The translations under genes and the position numbers were made by a program. From Lama guanicoe (lineage: Eukaryota): a stretch of DNA of 64,000 nt. Under the pieces are notes generated by a model that ran no database searches, was not told the DNA's origin, and saw only the letters and a list, made by a program, of their open reading frames with translations. The stretch is taken from NCBI GenBank assembly GCA_013239625.1, contig MU055753.1, positions 1,178,001 to 1,242,000 on the forward strand, written 5' to 3'. Positions 13,065 to 24,878 of this stretch are shown one piece after another (the stretch's first letter is position 1; each line of letters begins with the position of its first letter).

Positions 13065-13182
13065 TGTCCAAGCCATCTTCCCGACACCTGACCCCGCAGC
13101 CCTGAAGGACCGGCGCATGGAGAACCTGGTGGCCTATGCCAAGAAAGTGGAAGGGGACATGTATGAGTCCGCCAACAGCAGG
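13065..13182 (+). CDS. CREBBP: CREBBP exon 9 (KIX)
   Basis: ttcag|TGTCCAA ... AGCAGG|gtaggt; 118 nt; [39 protein letters not shown]. Confidence 0.97.
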
Positions 13183-13698
13183 GTAGGTGCCACCTGTGTT
13201 CCTGCCCGTGCAGCACCTGTGGGAGCTGCCACTGCGCCTGTCTGGCTTATTGTCTGGAAAGGGGGGTATGTATTAGTCTGGTAGACTCGTCACTTGAGGG
13301 CACTGACCAGGGAGACTTCCCAGTTAAGACATGAGGCCCCTTCACAGCTCTCTCGGCTTATTACAAATGTCTCCACAACAGCAGTAAATGAGGTATATGG
13401 AATTGTGTTTCATCCATGGGTATAGTCTATAATGGGCCTTGTTTTCTGTGCTTGTAGTCTGTTACTGTCAGCGTCAGTGAAGAGGTTCAACTGTGGAATG
13501 AACTGTAATGAGCACTTAGTGCCTACTGTGTGATAAGTCCTGTTAACATCACTGGGCATGGATTTATCAGTTAGAAGTGCTGAATGTACTTAATTAAATG
13601 TACTTAATTAAAAAGTTCATTAGTTTGTTAGAACATACAAAAACATCATTTGTTTGTTTTTAACAAATAACTAGTATTGAATGTTAACTGTTTTTTAG

Positions 13699-13870
13699 GA
13701 TGAATACTATCACTTATTAGCAGAGAAAATCTACAAGATACAAAAGGAACTAGAGGAAAAACGGAGGTCGCGTTTACACAAACAAGGCATCTTGGGTAAC
13801 CAGCCAGCCTTACCAGCCCCCGGGACGCAGCCCCCTGGGATACCACAGGCACAACCTGTGAGACCTCCGA
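13699..13870 (+). CDS. CREBBP: CREBBP exon 10 (KIX end)
   Basis: tttag|GATGAATAC ... CCGA|gtaagg; 172 nt; DEYYHLLAEKIYKIQKELEEKRRSRL... Confidence 0.97.
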
Positions 13871-14175
13871 GTAAGGAATTCATTTCCTTTACTAGCCCTT
13901 AGTCTGTTTCCTTGTTTTTCCTTCTGTGTTTGGGGTGTATTTCTAAGCATGAAGAATTACATTCTCAGGAAGCCTGCACTTTGGAAACTGTATGGTAATG
14001 ACCATGACCTTCTCCAGTGGCCTGTGGTTTAGCCATTGAGTCTCCCTCCTGCAAAGGCCCTTTAAGGGTGTGCTGGCATCAGAATGCACAGTGCTTTTGG
14101 ACCTGTGTGGACTGGTTTTCTGTTTAAATTTGAAGGATTATTTTAAATAACCCATTTTTTTTCCTGCTGTTTTAG

Positions 14176-14220
14176 ATGGGCCCATGTCCCTGCCAGTGAA
14201 TCGCATGCAGGTTTCTCAAG
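14176..14220 (+). CDS. CREBBP: CREBBP exon 11
   Basis: tttag|ATGGGCCC ... CAAG|gtattt; 45 nt; GPMSLPVNRMQVSQ. Confidence 0.93.
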
Positions 14221-14961
14221 GTATTTAACTACTGTTGTGAATTCATGTTTTGGTTTAACACTCAACAGCCACACAGTTTATTGGTTTGTTTTCTTCCCTC
14301 TGTAGTTCTTTGTAGCTCCTTCTCTTATTCCTCCCATTCCTTTTTGCTGTTGAGCAGAGTTCATGTCCATTGACATATGAATATTTGTTGCATGTGAAGG
14401 TTTTGGAGATCATAGGAAAGCTCTCCAGGGAGATCAGAAGTAGGAGTTAACTTTTTTTTTTTTTTTGGATGATAAGAGAAGATATTGTTCTGAGGAAGAA
14501 TCTCCAAAGAAAACCTTGTAGGTGGGAAAAGAAACATTTCTGAATGCTTGAAAAGAGAGTATCAAGCCCATCTTGGGGCAGGAGCACTGCTGGGTGGGCG
14601 GGGAGGCCACGGTGCCTGCTCTGGGCCCTCGGAGCACAGGAGCCACGCCTGCCAGGGTCGGCGGAAGGGAGTTTGTGCTCAGAGAATCCTCTTCAGGCTG
14701 GGCTACTGTCAGCTGAACAGCTTTCAGAGGTTCTTCCTCAAGTCGAAATTCTCTCTGTTGTTGATGGTTCAAGCAGTCATTTGAGTTTAGGGGTGAGTGT
14801 CGCTTCACAGCTTTCACTGCTCTTGAACAGTAGTATGTTTTTACAGGCTGTGAAATCAGGTGGTGACATTATCTAGAAGATTCCAAAGCATGGCCTTGCT
14901 ACTGTGTGTAGAGTAGTTTGGGAGGGGAGAAGAGATTATTTTAAAAGTTGTGGTAATCACA

Positions 14962-15096
14962 GGGGGAGGCTGTAGCTGTGTGGTAGAGTGCCTGCTTAGC
15001 ATGCACAAGGTCCTGGGTTCAGTCCCCAGTGCCGCCATTAATTAATTAATTAATTAATTAAACCTAATCCCCCCCCAAAATAAAAAAATTTTTTTT
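14962..15096 (+). mobile_element. tRNA-derived SINE (vic-1-like)
   Basis: Same head; TSD aagttgtggtaat at 14945-14957 and 15097-15109. Confidence 0.88.
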
Positions 15097-16441
15097 AAGT
15101 TGTGGTAATTATATTGCATACTGAGTAAGAGCTGGTAGATAAACTGATACTGTGAAGGAAACTTCTCAGGGACTTGGTTAGATGGATTGGAGGCATGAAA
15201 GAAATCAGGAAGTCAGAGAAAGAGAGCCTTTGGAAAGGGGCAAGTCCTGTGTCCGGGATGACGTGGAAGCTTCTGCTGGTCTGGGATCTGATGAGGTGGC
15301 TGCTGAGCAGAGTGCTGAGGAGGGGTCTTACAACGAAGTGCTCACATGCCCCCTACCCGCACATCTAGGTCTTTTCATGGTTCCATTTCTTCGTACATCT
15401 TTTTCTTAAAATCTTCTTAAAATCTTCTCGTCAATAAAATCCTCAAGGAGAGGGGACACTTTTGTACTGTAGGCTTCCTGGCAAGTCCTGGGCCTGTGCT
15501 TTCACCTAGTTACATAGGGTGACATTTCCAGGTGGTGCTGAGGGAGGCACACGTTGCCACCCTCTCACACTATACCAGCATTGAGACAGCACCTCAGGGA
15601 TTCTGTTAAATGCCAGTGTCAGTCCTGAGACTCAGTAAAACCAGTATTTATTTTATGTAGAGCTTGGAGTTTACGAAGTATCATGGGAAATGACGAAGGA
15701 TGAGACTCTGTGGTCTTGGAGACACTTAGCGGCTGTGAGGTGTCTTTCATGGTGTGACATTCTGGCAGACTGCAGGCACCCCTGGGAAGGCGAGGGGAGC
15801 TGAGAAAATGAGATCTTTCCAGTCTGAAGAGGAGGCTGAGGTTGAGAACTGCTGACCCTTGGGCACTTTCTAAACATTTAACATACTTGCAAAATTAAAA
15901 CCCCATTTTGAGTCTTACCCCAAATTCTGATAATAAACGTAAACCCAGCTGAAGAGCTGGAAGGCCTGAGGTGATGGGAACAGGCTTCCTGCAGGAGAGG
16001 AGACAGGAGTCAGGGTCTCCAGAAGGCTTTGAGGGGTTGGTTCAGACGGGTGCCCTGGCCTTAGTTGACCTCCTCCAGCAATGGTGGGAGCCCCTTCCCC
16101 ACACCATCTCCCTCTGCTTTGTCACTTTGAAGCTTTGGTGCCGAGTGACCCGAGCTCCCCAGCCTTGTCGTCTCTCACTTAACCTGACTTTCTGCCTTCA
16201 TCTCCTCATGCTCCCTACCTCCCTCCCCACCGTCTTGTCCTCACCACCACTGCATTGCTGCCATTTTTCCTGGACATGAAAAGTCTATTCCTGAACCATC
16301 TTTTCTGATTAACTGATTGCCTTTCAATCGTATATGCAGTGTGTGTGTTCCATCTTGTTTTGCTTAGAGTTTATTGGGTGAGTTATAATTTGTTTTCCTG
16401 TGGGTGCTCTTCCTAATGAACCATTGTGGGTACATTTACAG

Positions 16442-16566
16442 GGATGAATTCATTTAACCCAATGTCCTTGGGGAATGTACAGTTGCCACAAGCTCCCATG
16501 GGACCGCGTTCAGCGTCCCCCATGAACCACTCTGTCCCGATGAACAGCATGGGCTCCGTTCCAGGG
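16442..16566 (+). CDS. CREBBP: CREBBP exon 12
   Basis: tacag|GGATGAAT ... CCAGGG|gtaagt; 125 nt; MNSFNPMSLGNVQLPQ...GSVPG. Confidence 0.95.
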
Positions 16567-17160
16567 GTAAGTGCCACTGCTGCCTTGGCTGTGCCAAGGA
16601 GGCCTGGCTGCAAGGAGGGAGATTGTCTAAGTGGTGCAACTCAAAGGCTGTCGGGGATTCCTGCAGTCCTTTGGATTTGGGTTTTGCTTTATTTCCATCG
16701 TCTCTTTCTCTCTTTGGTCTTTATTACTGCAAGAATTATTTGACCGTTATTTTTTAGTGAAATGACAAATTCATAGGAACCTGTGACTCTGTGAGAAGAT
16801 GGGAGTTCTGAGGATGGGGTAGGCAGATACGCGGCCGAGAGGGGCGTGTCAGCGTCTGTTGACTCCTGGAGCTCACTCTCCTGAGGCTGCTTTCTAAATG
16901 CTTCAGAGAGCTCATAAAAGGCCTGCTTGAACTTGAAACTGTGGCACACTATTGATTTCTATTCAGAGGACTCTGTGGCACTGGCTCACTAGAGACCTAG
17001 TGTGAGAAAGCATGGCGGGTGCCTCAGAGCCAGATGCCTTATCCAGTGGTGGCTCTCTTCCTGCGAGAAAGGACGATTTGAAGATTTCTGTCTCCTAGTT
17101 TGTCTTGAAGACTGGCGCTCGAACCCCTCTGAACTCACAGTGATGCTTGTTGTCTTGTAG

Positions 17161-17349
17161 ATGGCCATTTCTCCTTCCCGAATGCCTCAGCCTCCAAACA
17201 TGATGGGTGCGCATGCCAACAACATGATGGCCCAGGCGCCTGCACAGAACCAGTTCCTGCCACAGAACCAGTTCCCATCGTCCAGCGGGGCGATGAGTGT
17301 GAACAGTGTGGGCATGGGGCAGCCGGCGGCGCAGGCCGGAGTGTCACAG
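17161..17349 (+). CDS. CREBBP: CREBBP exon 13
   Basis: tgtag|ATGGCC ... TCACAG|gtactg; 189 nt; MAISPSRMPQPP...GVSQ. Confidence 0.96.
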
Positions 17350-18095
17350 GTACTGTTCCTGTTGGAGCTGTGAGCCACCTACACGGATGCAGCCCCAGCT
17401 CCCTGCTGCCCTGAGCATGTCTCAGTTCATGGGTATTAGAACTCTAGACTAAACATTTTCTGTACTAGCATCTCTTGATTTTTCCCCCTTCTGTCCCATC
17501 ATTTTTACCTTGTTTGAAATTACTCTTACTGTCTTGGGGTAAACTTCATGCAGAAGTGGAATGGATTATGGTTTTTTGATTTGTGTGCTTTTGTGTTTTG
17601 GTTTGGGGTTTTTAGTTGTCATTTTCTTGGTCTGTCTTTATGTGTTTTAAATTCTAAGTTTCACATGTGATCCTGAGAGACATTGGATTTTAAGGATGGA
17701 GTGGAGAAGGGCCCCATGAATTCACTCCTAGTGATTTGGTCTTTGTATCTGATTGCCTGTCTATGTGAACTGCCTAGGTGGAATCCAGCTAACTGGATCA
17801 TTTGAGTATTTCTTTTCTTGTTGAATGTTTTTAATTATTCAGTCTAATGCTGGGGAGAACTATTTTCCATTCATTTTACTGCCTTTTCCCCCTTTTGTTG
17901 GAGTACATCAGATTTCTGCTGTATATAAGTGTACATGTATTCAAAATAGGCCAAATATTCCCCCCAAAGACAAGATTCATTATTTAATTTTTAACATAAA
18001 ATAACATTAAATAAAAGACACTGATTACACTAGATTTACATACTAAGTATTTATTAATTAATTCTTAATTTCCGTAACATTTCATTGCTCTGAAA

Positions 18096-18320
18096 CAGGG
18101 GTCAGCAGATTTGTCCTATAAATATTTTCAGCTTTGTAGACCATGACGTCTTGGCTTTACATACTCTACTCCACTGTGGTAGTGCAAAGGCAGCCATAGA
18201 TAGTACATTCACATGTAAGTGGATGGGCAGAGCTGCGTGCCAGTGAAACTTTATTGACAGAAGCTAGCAGCTGGCTGGACTTGGCCTTGGGCTGTATGTA
18301 GTTTGCAGATCTCCACCTTA
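18096..18320. mobile_element. MER58A-like hAT element
   Basis: caggggtcagcaga...aaggcagccataga...tgccagtgaaactttatt...gtagtttgc motifs. Confidence 0.7.
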
Positions 18321-18741
18321 GACCAGTGATTCAGAATAGCTCTGTATAGGTCCACAGATAATTCTAAAGCGGGTCCCTAGTTGAGAACCACTGCATTGAA
18401 ACATTTCAGTGTTTGAAAAACTAATTTTTAGAGAAGGCTCAGACCTTTTCCAGTGGTCTGAGCTGTGGGTGAATGTTGTGGAGCACGAAACTAGTCATTG
18501 AAGTGTATATGTTTGTTTAAGCCAGAGATTTCCACACTTGTGTAAATCAAAGCATGAGAAACAAGTGCACATTACTGTAAGTGTACAGATTGATGAATTT
18601 TTATGAATGGAACATTGCTGTGCAGTCAGCAGACCTCATCAAGATACCATGATTAGATTTTTATATATTTAATTCTTTAAATCTGTTACCACATTTTCAA
18701 ATGGAGGAAATAATTTTAACATACTCTGTTCCATCTGTTAG

Positions 18742-19158
18742 GGACAAGTGCCTGGTGCTGCTCTTCCTAACCCTCTGAACATGCTTGGGCCCCAGGCCAG
18801 CCAGCTGCCTTGCCCACCAGTGACACAGTCACCTTTGCATCAGACGCCACCTCCTGCTTCCACGGCTGCGGGCATGCCATCTCTCCAGCATCCAGCAGCA
18901 CCTGGGATGACTCCTCCCCAGCCAGCAGCTCCCACCCAGCCATCGACTCCTGTGTCGTCTTCCGGGCAGACCCCTACCCCGACTCCCGGCTCAGTGCCCA
19001 GTGCTAGCCAAACCCAGAGCACCCCTACGGTCCAGGCAGCAGCCCAGGCCCAGGTGACAACACAGCCTCAGACCCCAGTCCAGCCTCCGTCCGTGGCCAC
19101 CCCTCAGTCGTCACAGCAGCAGCCGACACCTGTTCATGCCCAGCCCCCTGGCACACCG
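18742..19158 (+). CDS. CREBBP: CREBBP exon 14 (P/Q/T-rich)
   Basis: gttag|GGACAAGTG ... ACACCG|gtgagc; 417 nt; GQVPGAALPNPLNML...QPPGTP. Confidence 0.96.
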
Positions 19159-20574
19159 GTGAGCCCCTCAGTCTGTCATCTTCTGGCCAAGACTCTTAGA
19201 AGAGAACTTTCCCGTTAAAGCAGTGGCATAAAGTCACTGAAAGTCTTGGTGCAGTCACAAGACCAGCACCCTAATCGAACCATAATGAGCTGTTCTATTC
19301 CAACATTGGCTCCAGACGCTGTGTCCAGCAGGACGTGACTTATGATTATCTTCTCTAATTAAATGGGTTTATAGAAATCAGCCAGTAAAAGGATTAATAC
19401 GTGGGTCCTCTGTAGAATTTTTAAGCTGTCTGTCCATAGGAGCAGTGTGTTCCCCATTATCTGTCCTAGGCTGACGCCTGCTGAGTTTGCATAGTTTTTC
19501 TCCTGTGTCTTGAGAACTAGGTACACGAGTCAAGTTCCTAATTATATGTACTTTGACCTATATTCAGGCTAGAAGCCTTTTCTTTTTCATGACAAAAGGC
19601 ACACCCAGGCTAACGGTTCCTGTGGCTCAGATCTACCCATCCCTCCAGAGAGGGGAAAGTGGCAGGATCACTTCGCGTCCCATGTCCCACGTCCCATGCT
19701 CTGCTGATGATGCCTGGCCTGGTGCTGTCCCAGACTGGGCCGTCCCCACTGACGCAGGGGCCTGAGGCTGCCTTTGCTCACCTCCGCATTCCTCCCGCAG
19801 TTATCACTGAAATCTCACGGTCTGTTTTCTTATCAGTCCAACTTGAAGACCTCCTTCCCCCCTGTACATTATTTGTGGGGACTGAGGATATTTATTTATA
19901 AAATGTCGAAATTAATCCCAACAGCAACCCCAAGATGACATTACTGTTTATAGTTCTCCATAGGGAGTGTGCTTATTTATCCTTATTTTATACTTCTTAT
20001 CTCTAAATAAGACCCTTTTGTAATTTTACATTTTCTTTTGTTTGTTTACTTTAAACTACTTTGGGTAAATCTTTGAAAATTTAGAATTCTTTTAGGAATT
20101 CCTTCTCTGAATATTTGTTTACTTCTCCGCCCCTCTTCCCTACAGTTAACAGGCCAGTTGTACATTCTTGCCCCAGGTAGGCACTTTATGCCTTCCTGCA
20201 GTATATAGACTTACATGTTTATAATTCAGCCTTTTACCGTATCCATTAGTGTCATTATTGGAGGGGATTAAATTTAAAATTGGAAATTCTGTGACTTGCA
20301 TAGAAAACTCCCCCAGAATAATTTTATATCAAAGTGTTGAAAGCTCTGCTCTTCTGTCTTTGCATTATTGGCAAGAAGTCAGTTGTTTTTCTGCCTAACG
20401 TTGACTTCCTCTGGAGCCCCTATTTAACTCCTGTTCTTCAGGTGTCTCAGATCGGAGTGCCTGTTAGCTTAGTAATGAGAAAGTTACAATGAAACTATAT
20501 TGGATGTGCATCAGGCTTTGAGATCATTTATAGTCTCTTGTTTACCAAGATAAATGATTTGGGTTTCTCCACAG

Positions 20575-20754
20575 CTTTCCCAGGCAGCAGCCAGCATTGA
20601 TAACAGGGTCCCCACTCCATCCTCAGTGGCCAGTACTGAAACCAACTCCCAGCAGCCAGGACCTGATGTACCAATGCTGGAAATGAAAGCTGAAGTCAAG
20701 ACCGAGGACACCGAGCCTGATCCCAGCGAACCCAAGGGAGAGCCTGGGTCTGCG
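20575..20754 (+). CDS. CREBBP: CREBBP exon 15
   Basis: cacag|CTTTCC ... TCTGCG|gtaggt; 180 nt; LSQAAASIDNRVPTPSS... Confidence 0.96.
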
Positions 20755-21731
20755 GTAGGTCCCTTTCCTGAGAGTGACAGATGTGCTGCGCATGTGGAGG
20801 CCCCAGGGTCCACCATAGATGTCCCTGCTTTTTGTTTCAGCGTCCTGTTTGATTATGCTTCATGTAGGAAATCAATTAAAAACAGATCACCTACTTATTT
20901 TTAGATATTAGTTACAGGTTTTTTAAATTTTGCCAGCAGTGAAGAGCACTGGCATGTATTTTAATTGTTTGAATTATCCAACAGCTTTTTATAGTCATTT
21001 CTCATTATTTTATAGTTCTGCAGAGTTAGACTATGCAAGGGATGTATTTTTTTACTAATTAATCTGTGGCAGAAGTTGGAAACTGACTGACCGTGGGTTG
21101 AATCCAGCCTATAAGTCTGTTTTGGTTGACCCACACAATATTTTTAAAGTCAGAAATTACAAGAGTCTAGATTTCTGGCTTTTCTTGAAAAATGAGAAGC
21201 TCTGCCACCACTGTGTTTGCATTCCTGTGTGGCTGCAGTCTGGATGGGAGCACCAGCCATGGCTATTAGATGGGTCATGGGCCCTCTGGTTCACTGGAGT
21301 CTCCACTCCTCCCTACTGCCTCACTCCACGCCTCCTGCTGCTCTCGTTTACTTCACCTTCCTGGCCCTCTGAGCAGTTGGAGTTCTGATCCCTCCCCCAA
21401 TATTTGAGGTGATTCTTGTTCCAAACTAGAAATACCTGTATGTAAAACCTCTGAGGAGATAATAATGTATATACAGTGTATATACGAGTTTTTTAAGCAC
21501 TCTAGCATGTAAATTTTTTTTTAATTTTTAAGACTATAGTTACACTGGTATTGTGTTAAAAGTGACTCCACCCCTTCTTGTGGGAGAGAAAAGAAATAAT
21601 CAGTGCAGCTCTGACTAGGGAAGGGCTTTAACAAGCCCAGGTAGATTTTTAAGAGCCTTCCAGTAAGGCTGAGTTAAAATAAAGGTCTTTGATTTTCATA
21701 TATCATTATCTGTAATTTGGTTTTTCTCAAG

Positions 21732-21921
21732 ATAATGGAGGAGGATTTACAAGGATCTTCTCAAGTTAAAGAAGAAACAGACCCAACAGAGCAGAAATCA
21801 GAACCGATGGAAATGGATGAAAAGAAACCTGAAGTGAAAGTCGAAGCTAAAGAGGAAGAAGAGAGCAGTGCAAACGGGACGGCCTCTCAGTCAACTTCTC
21901 CTTCGCAGCCTCGCAAAAAGA
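21732..21921 (+). CDS. CREBBP: CREBBP exon 16
   Basis: tcaag|ATAATGGAG ... AAAGA|gtatgt; 190 nt; IMEEDLQG...SPSQPRKK. Confidence 0.95.
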
Positions 21922-22604
21922 GTATGTCGTGTTCTTGTGAGCTTCCTAAACAGTGCTGCTTTTCTATTGTATTGTGATTCTATACTGTGGATTAAAAGCT
22001 AAAGCAGAAGAAAAAAATTCCATCCCTCCTTTTACCCTTGCCTGCCATTCCTTGAGTTTTAGAAATGGTGGCAGTAAGCTGACTCCCGGGCGAGGGCCCG
22101 TGGGGTCTATGCTAGGGACGAGAAGCGAGCTGAGTCTCCAAGGGGCAGTGCGCAAGCAGCCTGTCTGGGTTGGTGCTGACTGTACTTGGCAGGCCACGGA
22201 CAACCACTGATGTATTCAAGCGAGAAGGTGATCGGAAGCTTGAGGTTAGGGAAATTATCACCATGGCAACGTGTATGCACTGGAGTTTGTAGGTTTCTTC
22301 TGATATGGACAGAAAACTAGGTGCCCAAAGTCATGGGATAGGAGAGAGAATCTGACTAGTGCAGCAAGAAGGGGCAACAGGATAAGCCAGTCTCACAGTG
22401 GAAGTTGGATAGAATCCATTTGAGATGTGTCCAAAGTAAGGAGGTAACAGGGAGTCAGAAATTTGTCAAGAGACCCTTGGAAATGTGAGACAGGGCTCAG
22501 GTAGTTGAGGGCCGCTGGTGATGCACTTAGGAAGGATGGCAGAATAATGTTAAAGGCTCATATTGTGTAGATTTGCTGCTAGAAGAGACCCTGGAGATCA
22601 TGAT

Positions 22605-23925
22605 ACGGCAGGTCTCAGACCTCTTTATATTCCTAAAAATTGAGGACCCCAGAGAAGTTTTTGTTTGTATGGATTATCTGTCACTATTTACTCTATTAGA
22701 TTTTTTTAAATATTTAATCTATATAAATGCAAATCTGTTACATGGCATTCATAAATAACACATTTTTATGTAAAATAACTTTCAAAACAAAAATAGAGTA
22801 GTGACATTTTCTGTTACAGTTTTGTTACTCAGGGAGTTAAGTGGGCACAGCTGGGTTCTGTATCTGCCTCTACTTTGGCTCTTGTGTTACATTGTTTGGT
22901 TGAAGTACATGAAGAGAATCCTGCCCCATTCAGGTGAGTAGTTGATAAAGAGAAGAGCACTTTAGTAGCCTTCTCAGGTCATTGTGGATATTCTTTTTTG
23001 ATACTATACCACCACTCAACAATTGGAGGTTTACTAAAGGTTAGTTGCAGTGTGAAATCTGAATCCGTAGCACTGAATTTTTTGTCCTCTGGCATTAAAA
23101 TCTGTTTGTTTTTTATCTTGAATGGATCTTTTGCCCTTGCATGATTTTTCTTTTTTAATAACATAGTCCTTTGGTCATCTAGGAATTTGACTCACTGAGT
23201 TATGCACATCTTCCAAATGACATACTTCATTATGTGAAATTTTGAAAAACCGCATTCGTTAATACCACTATGAAATCTCTTCAAAAAAATCTTGTAAATT
23301 TTGACAAGCTGTCAAGCTCATGTGGCGTAAGTTTTCAAAATTCTAATCTTTGATCAAAGTCCATATTTTATCACTGGTAGAAAATAGAGAGTTGTCCTGG
23401 AGGGAACTGGCTTACGTTGTTCATTTTTGAGAAAATGTCTGTCCCATACCCAGACCTAAATAACCACAGCTTGCCTGTGAGACAGGTTTTCTAGTTTTAT
23501 GTGTTCCACGAAGAAAAGCAGTTACGTCCTCTCTCAGCACTCATACCAGTGCATCCTCTCCACACAACCACGGCGTGCAGCAGAGGTGCTTTATGACAGC
23601 TTCCCAGTTTGTCGTACAGAATAAAGGACATGTAGCCAAGGGCTGAGATTCAATAAAAGTAAGAATTTTCAGTCCTTCATCAAGGACATCCATCCCTGCA
23701 GTTGACATCCTTGTCTTGTGTGTGCAGAGCAGCAGCTTAGAGCGGGGTGGCCGCCGAGTAAAGTCTCGTGTTGCGGGGCTAGTGATTTACTCACTGCTGC
23801 TTTTGCCCCATCGTGTGAATGTCAGCACAGCGCAAAAGGCAAATGACGACATAGTGGTAGCATGAAACTTGTTTTACATTATGGAATAAATTTGATTTCA
23901 CAGAGCCCAAGAAAGGGCCTGAGGC
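22605..23925 (-). mobile_element. Decayed hAT-Charlie DNA transposon with transposase remnant
   Basis: Minus-strand peptide DFTLQLTFSKPPIVEWWYSIKKEYPQ (ORF 22979-23164) resembles the hAT C-terminal dimerisation region; boundaries approximate. Confidence 0.6.
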
Positions 23926-23944
23926 AGCGCTGGAAGTGTTACGT

Positions 23945-24096
23945 ATCTGCACATTCCATGTGGCAGTCACGTGGCTCCTGAGCACTTGAAATGTTGCATG
24001 TGTGACTGTGGAAGTAGATTTTTAATTTTATTTAATATCAATTCGTTTTGATTCAGGTAACCAAATATGGCTGGTGGCTACTGTATTAGACAGCAC
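23945..24096. mobile_element. MER3-like hAT element
   Basis: cacgtggct..tgagcacttgaaatgt...atatggctggtggctactgtattagacagc motifs. Confidence 0.7.
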
Positions 24097-24395
24097 CGGG
24101 GTCTGCAAGGCCTCCGTGGGCAGTGCTCGGAGGACTGCTGATGTAGTACACCATCCTGATTGTTTGCAAAAGATCTGGAGGCCCGAGAAGTGCAGTGACT
24201 TACTCCTAAGCACACCATATGAGTCACTGGCAGAGAACCTGTTTCAAACACAGCTTCTGACTGCTACTTCCACTCACTCAGAGTCTTATTCCATCAATAT
24301 GGTGGTTAAAGAGTTTGAAAATGACTTTTCCTCAGCATAGGTATTACACAGATGTTTCATGAATGAATGAAGTCATCCAAAGTGAAACGCATGGT

Positions 24396-24523
24396 GGGGA
24401 GGGTGTAGCTCAGTGGTAGAGCACGTGCTTAGCATGCACGAGGTCCTGGGTTCAGTACCTCCATTAATAAATAAATAAGTAAATAAATAAACCTAATCCC
24501 CCCCCCAAACAAAAACAAAAAAA
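24396..24523 (+). mobile_element. tRNA-derived SINE (vic-1-like)
   Basis: Same head with a small internal deletion; TSD caaagtga(a/g)a(c/t)gca at 24378-24391 and 24524-24537. Confidence 0.88.
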
Positions 24524-24565
24524 CAAAGTGAGATGCAAGTAAGGCCATATTACTTTTTATTACCA

Positions 24566-24878
24566 CTAGGGAGATGAGAGGAAACTTCAGGGCCAGAAAG
24601 TACATACTTTAGCCCTTGTGTGTCATAAGGTTTCGTTGCAGCTACTGAGCTCTGTGATGTGGGAAAGCAGCCAAGACAACATGTGCACAGATGAGCTTGG
24701 CCGTATTCTAATAAAGCTTTAGTTTGACAGACCAAAATTTGATTTTGTGTAATTCACGTATCATGAAATACTTTTCCCTAACCATTAAAAAACTTAAAAA
24801 CCGTTCTTAGCTCAAGGCCATACAAAGGCAGGCATCTGGCCAGATTTGGTCCGTGGGTCATGGTTTGCCGACCCTTGG
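24566..24878. mobile_element. MER58B-like hAT element
   Basis: agggccaga...gcagccaagaca...aataaagcttta...ccagatttggtccgtggg...gtttgccgaccc motifs. Confidence 0.72.

Noticed and set aside
13583-13612. Short tandem duplication (aatgtacttaatta x2); similar ones at 15403-15427 and 42069-42096
   Set aside because: Ordinary slippage duplications with no sign of function
17290-17315. Exon 13 is 9 nt longer than recalled human (SVNSVG versus SVG)
   Set aside because: I recall mouse sharing the longer form, so it is probably ancestral rather than novel
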